A stretch of DNA of 64,000 nt from Microcoleus sp. (GCA_042408215.1 JAYFMW010000007.1:1-64000), one strand, 5' to 3'. Shown: positions 33,701-43,965, counted from the stretch's first letter. The notes: a model not told the origin generated them from the letters alone. A program made the numbers and translations.

Positions 33701-33853
33701 GATCTTAATACTGGGGCGATCGTTCACTGGTTGCGGTTTGAAGGAATAGTCACAGAGCTTTATGATGTGCAGGTGATTCCGACAGTGCAAAAACCGATGG
33801 CTTTGGGTTTTCAAACTGAGGAAATTGCTCAGTTAATTACTTTGGAATTTTAA
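30719..33853 (+). CDS. TPR + O-GlcNAc transferase (GT41/SPINDLY-like) + TIGR03032/DUF4915 fusion
   Basis: TPRs; LRIGYIAGDFYSHAL, FNHSRKI and LDTLYYNAHTTGSDALW GT41 motifs; TGDIDIHD, EDRCHLNGLAM and GLSMPHSPRW DUF4915 motifs; ATG 30719 follows AAGGA (frame open from 30509). Confidence 0.88.
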   Translation: MSQQISVESLYDRAWAMQKQGDWEAASREYLQVIALQPNYAPAYFQLGNAKLVKEEWGEAIALYRQALNCEQRYSQCWYNLGVSLENIGEDEEAIAAYQQAVTYNPNYAIAFNSLGGLLTKQEKLEAAKICYQKALAIQPDLIPSLGNLANIEYRCDRYSEAAANYQKVLQLDSNNISAMAALVKINQGICEWENLAAESEKMWQIGISLIEQNTLKNFSVFDFIMYSPFGADKHLAINRYFSKFVSSKVPQNYFPPHIPPAIPPLTLRIGYIAGDFYSHALTHLIGELFALHDRAQFEIFVYSLGPNDGSFERKKVEADCDKFTDLRGMATPAAAEKIYNDGIHILIDMGAYTQYSNPEILALRPAPISINYLTYASTMGAEFIDYIITDNIVTPPRLAEFFSEKFICLPNSYQINNYLRVCPAEDAQIKQKNPKAKCGLPEDVFVFACFNHSRKIEPVMFSVWMGILEKVPNSVLWLLESNPEATRNLKYEAKLRGIKGDRLIFAPRLLQEEHLSRHIWIDLFLDTLYYNAHTTGSDALWMGIPFITGPGETFASRVGASLLNAVNLPQLIVNNLEEYEKLAVHLATHPQELQKLKDELNENRRQLPLFNTPQTVRYLELGYLKVWERYQSGASPEAIQIDKAEGIGKEAEGRLKTDLQPDLTSNLVKNLGDGKVEKVRGLRDKSTEENQNGKGVASADSPQDLMGDRDLPSWLTSQQISLACTTYQTSRLMLIGSNPETNTISGYWRIFDRAMGLYCTPERLYLSSKYQLWQLDNVLTAGAQHQGYDRLYIPRIGYTTGDIDIHDIAVDKNNQIIFISTLFNCIATLSDRHSCKPLWKPPFISQYINEDRCHLNGLAMVEGKPKYVTAVSQSDVVDGWRDRRQNGGVVIDITSNDIIVTGLSMPHSPRWYQDKLWLLNSGKGELGYVDLDTGKFNPIAFCPGYLRGLAFWQNWAIVGLSKPRGDDKTFGGLELDELLAKKDADPRCGMMVIDLNTGAIVHWLRFEGIVTELYDVQVIPTVQKPMALGFQTEEIAQLITLEF

Positions 33854-33925
33854 CCGCAGATGGTGGCGGATGTAAGCGGATTAACGCAGATGAATTTTGG
33901 TTTGGGGAATCTGAACTTGATATTA

Positions 33926-34045
33926 TCTGACATCTTGCACTATGATCTAGAACAGGCAAGATGCCTGTTCCACAAAACTCAATTTTATTGTGGAACGGGC
34001 ATCTTTTCTGTTCCTAAACAGGTAATTGACGGTGCAAGATCTGAG
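33926..34045. mobile_element. MITE-like element with ATCTTGCAC/GTGCAAGAT ends enclosing a REP doublet
   Basis: Inverted ends; internal GAACAGGCAAGATGCCTGTTCCAC palindrome pair. Confidence 0.6.
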
Positions 34046-34063
34046 TATGATCCGAACCTGATA

Positions 34064-36292
34064 TTACTCATTCCCAATTACCCGATAAACAAAACTGAGA
34101 GTTGCCCAAATATTCACATCCAATGCAAAATCGTCAGTTGATATCCCCGCATTCATCGCCCCGGTCATGCTAGCCGCGTGCAAATCTTCCAGCACAGCCC
34201 GAGCCACCTGTAAAGGATTCAACAGCACCCGAATTGGCTGGGCATCCCTAACTTGCTGCATTCCGCCCTCCAATGCCGCCAGAGTTCGATCGAACGGAGC
34301 CTCACTAAATATAATTTGAGTTTCCACAAGTCCGATCGGCCCGGATACCTTCGAGCCGTAAGCCCCAGCCCCAGGCACGCTCAAATTTCGCCCAGGCTCG
34401 ATCGCCCCTGGTGTCTCACCAACCGTATTTTTAGCATCAGGATTCAGCACTAGGAGCCTTCCTGCGCTGTCCAAGGAAAAAACCACAAAATACACCGGGC
34501 GATCGCTCTCGTTATACAACCGATACTGAATCCGGCAGCCCTGAGTCAAACTCAGCCTCTTCGATAACCTCTTCGATAACCTCTTTGATAACAACTCAAA
34601 ACCGACCGATTGCTCAATTTCGGCGCTCAGTGGTTCCAGCCGATCGGCCTCGTCCGCCCGCACCGACGAGCGCTCTTGCACCACGCGGGATTGTGGCGCG
34701 AGAGTTGCCAGCACCGCCCGCACTTTCAGCCGCGAAGAGCCTCCCGGTGCAGTCAGCCGCAACAACTTTGCAGCCAAAAGCGTTTTCAACTGCGGAGTCA
34801 ATCGCTGCACCGCCACCTTGACTGCTTCTCCCCCATCGCCGTCAGTATTTGGAATCAGCGTTTGTCCCAAAGAAAACAAACCGTAGCGACTTGGATAAAA
34901 AGCAGGCTCCTGAGCCGAGGAAATTTGGGCTACAGTAGTGGACGGCACTCGGCCAAACCGACAGTCAGCCGATTGTTCCCCCGCTACCGCTGAAACTTGG
35001 GGAACAGTCGCGAAGGCGCTGGTAGCGTCTACCCGCTCGATGCGTTCCAAGTCAGAGTCCAAAGCTACTATCAAGCTGATATTTCGCGGCAATACCCGAA
35101 TCGCTTCTGTTACCAATTCGCCAGCAGTCAATTTTCCCTCTTTTCGGGCTGGCGCTGCTAAAATTTGGGCTTTGGCAGAAAGACCGGTGCGGCTCCGCAG
35201 CACTAGGAGCCGATCGCCCTGGGACTCAAGCAGCGCGAACACAGAAGCCCCGCAGCACTCCAAAACCTCTGGGGGCAAACCTCCCAGCCACAACTGCACA
35301 GTTTTGCCACCATCTTCCACCGCCGTCACTGCGCCATCAGCCGCAGGGGAATTCCACAGAGAACCTGCAAAACTCACAGGTAAATCGTCATTAGATACTT
35401 TCAAATCGCTGTGCATCTCCGGTTGCTGGGCTAACCCCATTTTTTGCTCTACCGCACCGGCGGCGCGACTCAAAATGACTTGCCAACTGCTAGCGGGAGT
35501 TGCCCACCACAGAGTTTGGGTGAGGGCGTAGGTAAACAAACCGGCGGTAAACCCGCTCCACGCTTGTTCGGCGGCGACTCGATCGGGGGCGGTGCCCGCC
35601 AGTACGATCGCGCCCCCAGGATGGTTATTTCTGCGGGATTGGATCTGTTCTCTAAAAGCTAATTCTGCGAGGCTTGGCTGCCCCATTACGGGGCGGGGGC
35701 GGGTGCGAATGCGAAAGTTGCCCTTTTTGTCAGAACCCGGATAGACGTAGCTATGATCGAGGATAGCGATCGCACTTTCCGTCGCGAGCGATCGCAGCAG
35801 GTGCAGCAATGTGGACTCTAAAATATCGTTGACGGTGCGATCGGCTTTTGACAGCAAAACATCATCGGCCGGCACCAAACTGTTGTGCATGACTTCGGGA
35901 GAATCGCCCAAACTGACTCGACTACCGCAGCCGCTGAAGTGAAAAACTACCGCATCTCCGGGTTTTGCTTGTTGAGTCAAGTGAGTCACAAAAGCCGTCT
36001 CGATGTTTTCCCTAGTAGCTTGAGCATCAGTTAAAGTCAGAATGTCCGAGGGTTGAAACCCAAAGCGATATATCAGTAATTCCCGCTGCAATTCCACATC
36101 TGTGACGCAGCCGTGGAGGGGCGAGTCGGGATATCGATCGACCCCCACCAACAGGGCTAATTTGCGCGCTGTCGGCTGGGCTAGGGCGTTTTGGTAGCGA
36201 TCGCCCAACCGCTCCCACCCAGCCTCGCTGATTCCCATCGCAGCCAGCACCCAGCCAGCTTGCTGTAAAAATTCCCGCCGCTTGAGTCCCAT
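34064..36292 (-). CDS. Caspase-family (C14) pseudo-orthocaspase with twin-arginine-like signal and C-terminal DUF4384-like domain
   Basis: KRREFL; KLALLVGVDRY..LHGCVTDV; HFSGCG and ILDHSY in place of the catalytic H and C. Confidence 0.82.
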   Translation of the reverse strand: MGLKRREFLQQAGWVLAAMGISEAGWERLGDRYQNALAQPTARKLALLVGVDRYPDSPLHGCVTDVELQRELLIYRFGFQPSDILTLTDAQATRENIETAFVTHLTQQAKPGDAVVFHFSGCGSRVSLGDSPEVMHNSLVPADDVLLSKADRTVNDILESTLLHLLRSLATESAIAILDHSYVYPGSDKKGNFRIRTRPRPVMGQPSLAELAFREQIQSRRNNHPGGAIVLAGTAPDRVAAEQAWSGFTAGLFTYALTQTLWWATPASSWQVILSRAAGAVEQKMGLAQQPEMHSDLKVSNDDLPVSFAGSLWNSPAADGAVTAVEDGGKTVQLWLGGLPPEVLECCGASVFALLESQGDRLLVLRSRTGLSAKAQILAAPARKEGKLTAGELVTEAIRVLPRNISLIVALDSDLERIERVDATSAFATVPQVSAVAGEQSADCRFGRVPSTTVAQISSAQEPAFYPSRYGLFSLGQTLIPNTDGDGGEAVKVAVQRLTPQLKTLLAAKLLRLTAPGGSSRLKVRAVLATLAPQSRVVQERSSVRADEADRLEPLSAEIEQSVGFELLSKRLSKRLSKRLSLTQGCRIQYRLYNESDRPVYFVVFSLDSAGRLLVLNPDAKNTVGETPGAIEPGRNLSVPGAGAYGSKVSGPIGLVETQIIFSEAPFDRTLAALEGGMQQVRDAQPIRVLLNPLQVARAVLEDLHAASMTGAMNAGISTDDFALDVNIWATLSFVYRVIGNE

Positions 36293-36377
36293 TGATGATT
36301 CCCGATCGTCGTACTCTTACTTAATCTTCTCACCAGAATGTCGAGCATTAACCGCTGCAAACAGCCAACTTCGACTT

Positions 36378-37559
36378 TTAAATTTCATAACTGAAAATAT
36401 TCATAGCCTTAGCCAATTCGGCGGCGACTTCCGGGCGAGAAAACTGCGGAGGCGGCAATTTTCCCGCACGCAGCATTTCCCGCACTTTTGTTCCCGACAA
36501 ATGCACCCGCTGTTCGGGAGTGCTGGGACTTGTTTTAGTTGTAGCCATTTGTTCCGTCAGCGTGCAATAGAAAGCGTGCTCGAATTTCATCGGCACAATT
36601 CCCAATTCTGAGGGTTCAAATTCATCAAAAATGTATTGGGCATCGTAAGTACCGTAGTAATCGCCAACTCCAGCATGATCGCGCCCGACAATAAAGTGAG
36701 TGCAGCCGTAGTTTTTGCGAATTAAAGCGTGAAAAATTGCTTCCCGCGGCCCCGCGTAGCGCATCGCCGCCGGATTGATCGCTAAAATTACCCGGTCTTG
36801 GGGATAGTATTTTTCTAGCAGAATTTCATAGCAACGCATCCGCACGTCAGCGGGGATGTCATCGTCTTTAGTCGCCCCGACTAGAGGGTGAAGAAACAAG
36901 CCATCTACTGTTTCTAAGGCGCATTTTTGGATGTATTCGTGAGCCCGGTGGATGGGATTGCGGGTTTGGAAACCGACTATCGTTTTCCATCCTCTTTCTT
37001 TGAACAGTATTCTCGATTTCGCCGGGTCAATTTGGTATTCGGGAAACCGGGAATCGAGTTCCCGTTCCAGCAGCCAAACTGGGCCTGCGAGGTTAACGGG
37101 CCCGGACTTGTCTAGTACCTGGACGCCCGGATGTTTAAGATCGTCGGTGCGATAGACGTTGACAGCTTCTTCTTCTTTGCTGTAACGATATTTTTCTGTC
37201 AGTTCTAATACGCCGACAAATGTGCCGTTCCCGGAGTCGAGGCGTACTAATGTGCCTGCGGTGAGGGGGGCTGCGACTTCTTCACTGACTGAGAGGGTGA
37301 TCGGAACTGACCAGGGGAGGCCGCTGGAGAGGCGCATTTCTTTGACGACCGATCGATAATTCGCCTCGTCCATGAACCCTGAAAGGGGACTGAAGGCGCC
37401 GATCGCAATCATTTGCAAGTCAGAGAGCGATCGTTCAGAAAGCTGAACTCGCGGCAAGGCCTCTGCTTTGTCGAAAAATTCCTGTCTTTGGTCTAGTGTG
37501 GCAATGCGGTTGACCAGGATGCCACCGTGAGGGGCAATGCGGTCTGGATGCTGGCTCAT
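36378..37559 (-). CDS. sat: Sulfate adenylyltransferase
   Basis: [21 protein letters not shown] and VGRDHAG motifs. Confidence 0.97.
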   Translation of the reverse strand: MSQHPDRIAPHGGILVNRIATLDQRQEFFDKAEALPRVQLSERSLSDLQMIAIGAFSPLSGFMDEANYRSVVKEMRLSSGLPWSVPITLSVSEEVAAPLTAGTLVRLDSGNGTFVGVLELTEKYRYSKEEEAVNVYRTDDLKHPGVQVLDKSGPVNLAGPVWLLERELDSRFPEYQIDPAKSRILFKERGWKTIVGFQTRNPIHRAHEYIQKCALETVDGLFLHPLVGATKDDDIPADVRMRCYEILLEKYYPQDRVILAINPAAMRYAGPREAIFHALIRKNYGCTHFIVGRDHAGVGDYYGTYDAQYIFDEFEPSELGIVPMKFEHAFYCTLTEQMATTKTSPSTPEQRVHLSGTKVREMLRAGKLPPPQFSRPEVAAELAKAMNIFSYEI

Positions 37560-37833
37560 GTCGATTTGGGATTTTAGATTTAAGATGTTGGACTTTAGCT
37601 GCCAGACTATATCCTACCAAAGTATTGTTACAATTAATGAATTTTCCTATTTATCCATATGAATCTATGTCAAATGAGGTGAATAGAGCGATATCAAAGT
37701 CAATCAAAATCTCTTCAAATCAATCACTTTTTTTTTGACAATCTGCTCTGGCATGACAATCAAGCAATTTAGTTCTGCCCCCCGGATTCATCCGTGCAAG
37801 TAATTCTAGAATCTCAAATCCAAAATCCAAAAT

Positions 37834-38946
37834 CTAAAATCGGCTGACCATTTTGTCATGAATCATCTTCATCTGTGACAATTCTTCCAGGAGTCCCTGG
37901 GGTAGGGGAATTTTCACAGCTTCCAGCATACTCTGAATCCGATGTCTCCAATCGTGACGGGCTAAACTCTCAACATAATTGCGTTTGTAGATAGAATTAA
38001 GCCTCACCTCGTCCAGTAAAAGTTCATTAATGAATTCAACACTTTTTTGCGGGTCATCGGGTAACTCAATAGTAGCATCTTCCCAATTCAGCAACTCATC
38101 CATTAGATGGGTAGTCGGACGCTTCCCAACCACTGCACCGCCCGTCGCAGTACCGTAAAACCAACGCAGTGTAATCAAAGAGTAAGGAAACTGACGCATA
38201 CCAGGATAGATCGTGTCAAATGCCAAGGTGAGTTTGCTATGTCTGAGAATGTGAAATAGCATCAGAGTATCTGACTCGTCTTTACGCATTTCGTAAGGCA
38301 ATTTCGGAAATTCCTCTCCTGTTCTGGGCGTAGATTTATAGTAAATTTGTTCGGAACCAGGTAGATTGAATTTATTGCAAAACACAGTGTCATACTGTGA
38401 GGGTATGCGCCCAAAGCTAGTTAAATCTATGGAACGCTTCAGTTGACAGGAACCCTGAGTGAGAACATCAGCAGCAAAGGGGATTAGCGATACTGGTATA
38501 CCAAATCTTTGCTTCAACTCATCTATAACTTCTGGAAGTGCAACGAATAAATGATCTAAATGATAGACATTTTTTGAATAAATTTCAGGTGCCCAAGAAT
38601 CGAAAATATAAGCGATGACAACATCAAAACGCTCCCTCCACTTAGGTATACTTGAGAGTAGTTCCAGATCGACTCCTGATATACCAATCATCAGTAAAAC
38701 ATTGGGTTTGTCCGACAATTCAGGTAAAGGTGGTAACTTATATAAACCTGTAGTAGACTTAACAACTTTACGGACTATTCGATCGGCTAGCGGATAAAGT
38801 GTGGATGACCACTGGATTACATCGCGAGCCGATGGTGCCAAAAGTTGTGCGTTGCAGGTTCGTACAACAATATTTTCTAATTCAAAAACTGGGTCACAGG
38901 ATACATTTGAGACTAAAGCCCGTGAAGAAAGTACAAAAATATTCAT
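37834..38946 (-). CDS. Putative glycosyltransferase (GT-B-like)
   Basis: 370-aa ORF; C-terminal LRWF..G.AVVG and HDWRHRI motifs. Confidence 0.6.
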   Translation of the reverse strand: MNIFVLSSRALVSNVSCDPVFELENIVVRTCNAQLLAPSARDVIQWSSTLYPLADRIVRKVVKSTTGLYKLPPLPELSDKPNVLLMIGISGVDLELLSSIPKWRERFDVVIAYIFDSWAPEIYSKNVYHLDHLFVALPEVIDELKQRFGIPVSLIPFAADVLTQGSCQLKRSIDLTSFGRIPSQYDTVFCNKFNLPGSEQIYYKSTPRTGEEFPKLPYEMRKDESDTLMLFHILRHSKLTLAFDTIYPGMRQFPYSLITLRWFYGTATGGAVVGKRPTTHLMDELLNWEDATIELPDDPQKSVEFINELLLDEVRLNSIYKRNYVESLARHDWRHRIQSMLEAVKIPLPQGLLEELSQMKMIHDKMVSRF

Positions 38947-39181
38947 GGCTCGATTTAATTTTTATTAAATGGCTCCGCTGATTAGGCCAACCACGAGGGG
39001 ATTAGGGTCAATTGAATTAAATTTGAAATGTCGATTCAAAGGAATCGACTTCTCAATTTACCTAGCTACTAGCTAGCAAATCTAGCCGCACTTAGGGCAG
39101 CACTTGCAGTGGGTGAATTTCTCTCATGATTGGGAAAAACAATAACACATCTATGGCCTTAATGTCAATAATTAAATCAAT

Positions 39182-40651
39182 CTAAACATTCAACCACTGC
39201 ACCAGTATCCGGGGCGCGGGTAACAAAATAATTAACAAAAGCCCGATCGCCACCAAGCCCACAAAATCCCGCCAATCATCCAATTCGCTAACATCGTTCA
39301 GCGCCGGTTCATCATTGATCGGCATCAAAAACAAAATAATTGCCCACAGCAACAAACCCGGTTCCAAGAAAGAAAGCAGCAGCATACAAAGTCTAGCAAA
39401 TTGCCCGATCGCCATACTTGCCCGTTGACCGAACATCGCGTGAACGATGTGCCCGCCGTCGAGTTGTCCCACCGGTATTAAATTAAACGCTGTCACGATC
39501 AAACCTAAATAACCCGCTATTGCTACCGGATGCAAATTAATCGCAGTTTCTGTATTTAAAGCACCGCCTAAAGTTAACTTGCTCAACAGAGTCATCAGCA
39601 GCGAAAAATCGGGATTGAAAGACTCAAAATTTAACATTCCCGACTTCGGTGACAGCGGTACAATCCTAGAGTGGTACAAGCCCCAAATTAACAAAGGTAC
39701 TGTTGCTACCAAACCCGCCAATGGCCCGGCAATACTGATGTCAAATAAAGCTCTGCGGTTGGGAACCGGACTTCGCATTTGAATAAATGCGCCAAAGGTT
39801 CCCAGGAAAAAGGGAACGGGAATAAAATAAGGCAAAGTTGTCCGAATTCTGTAAAATACGGCAGCTAAATAGTGTCCCGATTCGTGAATTCCCAAAATTG
39901 TGATGAGGGCGATCGCATAAGGCAAACCTTTCGTTAACATTAACGGGTTAGACTGCAAAACTTTTTCACTAACTCCGGCAATTTGCGCCCCCACAATTGT
40001 GGTTGTAAATAGCGTAATTAGCAACAAAGCTAAAGCAAAAACTGGTCTTGTCAAAGATTCAGGTTTGACAGGATTTTCGCCCCTTTGGTAGCTGGGATTG
40101 GGAACTATGGCAAAAAAATGCTGACCGCTCAAGCTCGTTTGAAATACTACTAAAAAGCGATCGCCAAAATGCCTCTCGACATTCTCCCGAACAGCCTGAT
40201 AAGCCGCCTCCGGGTTCGTCCGCAATTGTCCGCGACAAATCACCGCCTGCGGCCGAAATTCTAAATTTTGCAAGAAGTAAATAGACCAAGGAAAACACTC
40301 TCGCAAAGTTGCTTCTTCTGCTCGATCGATCGGGCGCACCGGTGGCTGTGGCTTGGAGGGTTCAGTCCCATCACCCGCTACTTCAGGAGTTTCGCTGACA
40401 ATTTCCTTGCGCCCCAACTGTACCAAGAACCAGTACACAAAAGGGGAAACCACAAAAGGTATAATTAGCAACTCTGGCGGTGCAGTTTTGCTCGCGCCGT
40501 GAACTAACAACCAAGCGCTCCAAATCAGTGCCGGCGACATGATTACCAGCCACAGCAGCCACACCGGAGTTGTGGTGATGCGACTGATGTTTTGTTCCAA
40601 CAAATAGTAGGAGATTAGTCCCAATACGAACAACCATAATAAAAACAACAT
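39182..40651 (-). CDS. Site-2 protease (peptidase M50)
   Basis: HESGH, AGPLAG and NLIPVGQLDGG motifs; multiple TM segments. Confidence 0.93.
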   Translation of the reverse strand: MLFLLWLFVLGLISYYLLEQNISRITTTPVWLLWLVIMSPALIWSAWLLVHGASKTAPPELLIIPFVVSPFVYWFLVQLGRKEIVSETPEVAGDGTEPSKPQPPVRPIDRAEEATLRECFPWSIYFLQNLEFRPQAVICRGQLRTNPEAAYQAVRENVERHFGDRFLVVFQTSLSGQHFFAIVPNPSYQRGENPVKPESLTRPVFALALLLITLFTTTIVGAQIAGVSEKVLQSNPLMLTKGLPYAIALITILGIHESGHYLAAVFYRIRTTLPYFIPVPFFLGTFGAFIQMRSPVPNRRALFDISIAGPLAGLVATVPLLIWGLYHSRIVPLSPKSGMLNFESFNPDFSLLMTLLSKLTLGGALNTETAINLHPVAIAGYLGLIVTAFNLIPVGQLDGGHIVHAMFGQRASMAIGQFARLCMLLLSFLEPGLLLWAIILFLMPINDEPALNDVSELDDWRDFVGLVAIGLLLIILLPAPRILVQWLNV

Positions 40652-40683
40652 AATATTTATCTCAGTCCCTTCTCAATACTTCC

Positions 40684-41352
40684 TTGAAACAACAGAGTTC
40701 CCTCTCCAAACAGCCCAAGCCCGTACTGGAAAATATCTTTGCTTTCCCACCTAACCGGGATACCTTGGGTGCGACTGCTTATTTCATTGTAGAAAACCAA
40801 ACTAACATCCTGGTGGATTGTCCCGCTTGGGATGAAACTAATCAAACCTTTTTGCGGGAACGTGGTGGCGTGCGGCTGCTGTTTCTCACCCACCGTGGCG
40901 CGATCGGCAAGGCGCGGGAGATTCAGTCAGACACGGGCTGCGATATCCTGATCCAAGAGCAGGAAGCTTATTTGCTACCGGGATTGAAGGTGACGGCTTT
41001 TGAGCGAGAATTTGCCCTAAGCGATCGAACTTTCGTATTTTGGACTCCCGGCCACTCTCCCGGTTCCTCCTGTCTCTATGATACCCGCAATGGCGGAGTG
41101 CTGTTTGCGGGCCGACACTTGCTCCCCAACCGAGAAGGTAGCCCAGAACCGTTGCGGACAGCGAAAACTTTTCACTGGGCCAGGCAAATTAACAGCGTTC
41201 AGTTAATCATCGATCGATTTTCGCCAGAAACTCTACATTATATTTGTCCGGGCGCAAATACTGGTTTTTTGCGGGGGAAAAGTGCGATCGATCGAGCTTT
41301 TGAGCAATTAGCCAATCTGGATTTAGCTGTTTGTTTGCAGTCAAAACCTTGA
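40684..41352 (+). CDS. MBL-fold metallo-hydrolase
   Basis: LVDCP, LFLTHRG and TPGHSPGS motifs. Confidence 0.85.
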   Translation: MKQQSSLSKQPKPVLENIFAFPPNRDTLGATAYFIVENQTNILVDCPAWDETNQTFLRERGGVRLLFLTHRGAIGKAREIQSDTGCDILIQEQEAYLLPGLKVTAFEREFALSDRTFVFWTPGHSPGSSCLYDTRNGGVLFAGRHLLPNREGSPEPLRTAKTFHWARQINSVQLIIDRFSPETLHYICPGANTGFLRGKSAIDRAFEQLANLDLAVCLQSKP

Positions 41353-41360
41353 CTCTAAAT

Positions 41361-42502
41361 ATGACAGAAATCCTAAATCCTATGGGAAAAACCGAAAAAC
41401 AGAAAATGCTAGCCGGCGAGTTGTATTTAGCCACCGATGAGGAATTGATTGCAGAACGCCAGCGAGCTCGTCGCCTCACCAGAATCTACAATTCTACCCG
41501 CGAAGACGAACCGTCCAAGCGATTAGAAATTCTCGCCGAATTATGCGGTGCCGCAGGCCCGAAAATTGACATCGAGCCACCTTTCTACTGCGACTACGGG
41601 AGCAATATTTATGCTGGAAATGGCTTGTACATGAATTTTGGCTGCGTGATTCTCGACTGCAATCGAGTTAACATCGGCGAAAATTTACTATGCGGGCCAC
41701 AAGTGCAAATTTACACGGCTTTTCACCCCACTGACCAATAATTTCAAAGGTGGTACAAGCCCCCGGATTGATCCGTGGAATCAATCCAAAATCCCAAATC
41801 TAAAATCCTCAAGCCCCCGCATTTATACGTGGGGTAAATCTAAAATCTCAAATCTCAAATCTCAAATCGATTGACCAATAATTTCAAAGGTGGTACAAGC
41901 CCCCGGATTGATCCGTGGAATCAATCCAAAATCCCAAATCTAAAATCCTCAAGCCCCCGCATTTATACGTGGGGTAAATCTAAAATCTAAAATCTCAAAT
42001 CTCAAATCGATTGACCAATAATTTCAAAGGTGGTACAAGCCCCCGGATTGATCCGTGGAATCAATCCAAAATCCCAAATCTAAAATCCTCAAGCCCCCGC
42101 ATTTATACGTGGGGTAAATCTAAAATCTAAAATCTCAAATCTCAAATCGATTGACCAATAATTTCAAAGGTGGTACAAGCCCCCGGATTGATCCGTGGAA
42201 TCAATCCAAAATCCCAAATCTAAAATCCTCAAGCCCCCGCATTTATACGTGGGGTAAATCTCAAATCTCAAATCTCAAATCTCAAATCGATTGACCCGGA
42301 AATTAGACTTTCTGGCAGAGAACTCGCCAGCGAGATTAATATTGGCAATAATGTGTGGATTGGTGGTGGCTGTATTATTTGCCCCGGAGTTACGATCGGC
42401 GATCGTAGCACGATCGGCGCCGGCAGTGTTGTTGTCAAAAATATCCCCGCAAACGTCGTGGCTGCGGGGAATCCTTGCCGAATTATCCGGCATCTAGCTT
42501 GA
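41361..42502 (+). pseudogene. maa: Maltose/sugar O-acetyltransferase split by a 560-bp insertion
   Basis: EKQKMLAGELY..PPFYCDYG..AFHPTD, resuming at 42297 with PEIRLSGRELA..NVWIGG..GAGSVV..GNPCRIIR, TGA at 42500-42502. Confidence 0.92.
41737..42296. mobile_element. Four tandem copies of a 140-bp palindrome/STRR element bounded by TGACC
   Basis: Units start 41737, 41877, 42017, 42157; removing them restores the maa frame. Confidence 0.92.
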
Positions 42503-42590
42503 TGTGGTACGATCGACACACAGGTCCGATCGACTCTCAGCGGTTTGACTTTTCGCTCCAGGTTTTGAACTCCCACTCAAAAGATTTTAT

Positions 42591-43055
42591 ATGGCAACTG
42601 CAACAGTTTATCCCAACGCTCCCGATCTCTGCACCTCCGACTATGTAGCAGTTGGTTTGGCCACTTGCTTCGTGAAAGAAGAAGGTGAAGTTCTCCAAGT
42701 ACAAGTAATTGAAGCTATCCCCTCAGCAGCTTTGGAAGCAATTGTCAAGGGAATTCCCACATCTTATCAAATGATTTGCGGGACAACTTTAGGGGCAGTG
42801 ATCGACGGTGAAGCACCCAAAATGCTGCCCGAATTCCCCACATCAGCTCAGTTTTGCGAAGAATTTGGCTTTCGGGCGATCGCGGCCGCCCGCACTTACA
42901 AAATCCGCCCGCAAGCTCAATCTCACATTCCCTTGGGAACAGTTCGCAGCGACTTTTCTTATTCCCTAGAACGCAAAAGAGTTCTCAATACCCAGCGCGT
43001 TGTTCGCACTGAAGACAATGTAAAACAACACGAACACACTCACAAAGTTCTTTAA
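42591..43055 (+). CDS. Conserved cyanobacterial hypothetical protein
   Basis: 154-aa ORF ending DNVKQHEHTHKVL. Confidence 0.75.
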   Translation: MATATVYPNAPDLCTSDYVAVGLATCFVKEEGEVLQVQVIEAIPSAALEAIVKGIPTSYQMICGTTLGAVIDGEAPKMLPEFPTSAQFCEEFGFRAIAAARTYKIRPQAQSHIPLGTVRSDFSYSLERKRVLNTQRVVRTEDNVKQHEHTHKVL

Positions 43056-43389
43056 ATGAATAAGTTTTCAGGTTTGACAGAGTTGTAAATTAAATAATTT
43101 TTAACTCTCAAATCAGCGGAAATTTAGCATCGCATTAGCCCAGGGATGTAGTGGATAGATTAGCAGCCAGGATTTGACTCCTTCTCTGATTCGCTGCATC
43201 CGTTTTATTGAGCAATAAATTATTCACAAAAAAAATCATTCCCCTGCTTAGGGAAACAACAGCGGTGCAACCAATGCAAACAGCCAACCTCCCATCACCA
43301 AGATTTCCACAAATATCAGAATAATATTTTTTTTCATAGCTCAAATGCAACCTCAAATATCAAACAAATTTCCTGATTTTACCCCTGTT

Positions 43390-43965
43390 TTATTTCCCTT
43401 CTCCTGCTTGATTCCCCTTAACCTTCGTGAAATCAAACATCGACAAAATCAACGGGAAACCCCCCACCTTTGCACTCATCAACAAGTGCATTGCCAGACA
43501 CAATACTAATATTATCCACCCCGAAGCGTGCAAATAATACCAAACCTGCGTCAATTCTCCCGCCGGTAGCCATTCTTCCTTAACCATACTCCCAGAGGCG
43601 ATCGAAAAAGTCATCGCCACCAACATCAGCGTATTCACAATCCGATGCAAACTGTACCACCAAATCGGTTTTCGGAATTGCGTCAATTTCCCAAAAGAAT
43701 CCGGCTGTACCAAGCGTTTTTGGCCCCTGTGGAAACTGTATAAAGCAAAAGCCGGCATGACGCCTAAAATTAACAGCTTGCCAAAAGTCCCATGAATCCC
43801 GATAATATCTGCAATCTGGGGCACTGGTACTTTGCCGAAGCGCCCGTCGTAAGTGTTGTACACTAGAAATGCGGTGATGATTGCTAAAAGGGCGATCGCA
43901 GCGTTAACCCCGTGCAGTAACCTGAGCAACAATGGTTGGTATGGTTTAGATTCCGGCATCGTCAA
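43390..43965 (-). CDS. Cytochrome b/b6 domain membrane protein
   Basis: RLLHG, GIHG, YLHA and AMHL histidines in 4 TM helices. Confidence 0.8.
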   Translation of the reverse strand: MTMPESKPYQPLLLRLLHGVNAAIALLAIITAFLVYNTYDGRFGKVPVPQIADIIGIHGTFGKLLILGVMPAFALYSFHRGQKRLVQPDSFGKLTQFRKPIWWYSLHRIVNTLMLVAMTFSIASGSMVKEEWLPAGELTQVWYYLHASGWIILVLCLAMHLLMSAKVGGFPLILSMFDFTKVKGNQAGEGK

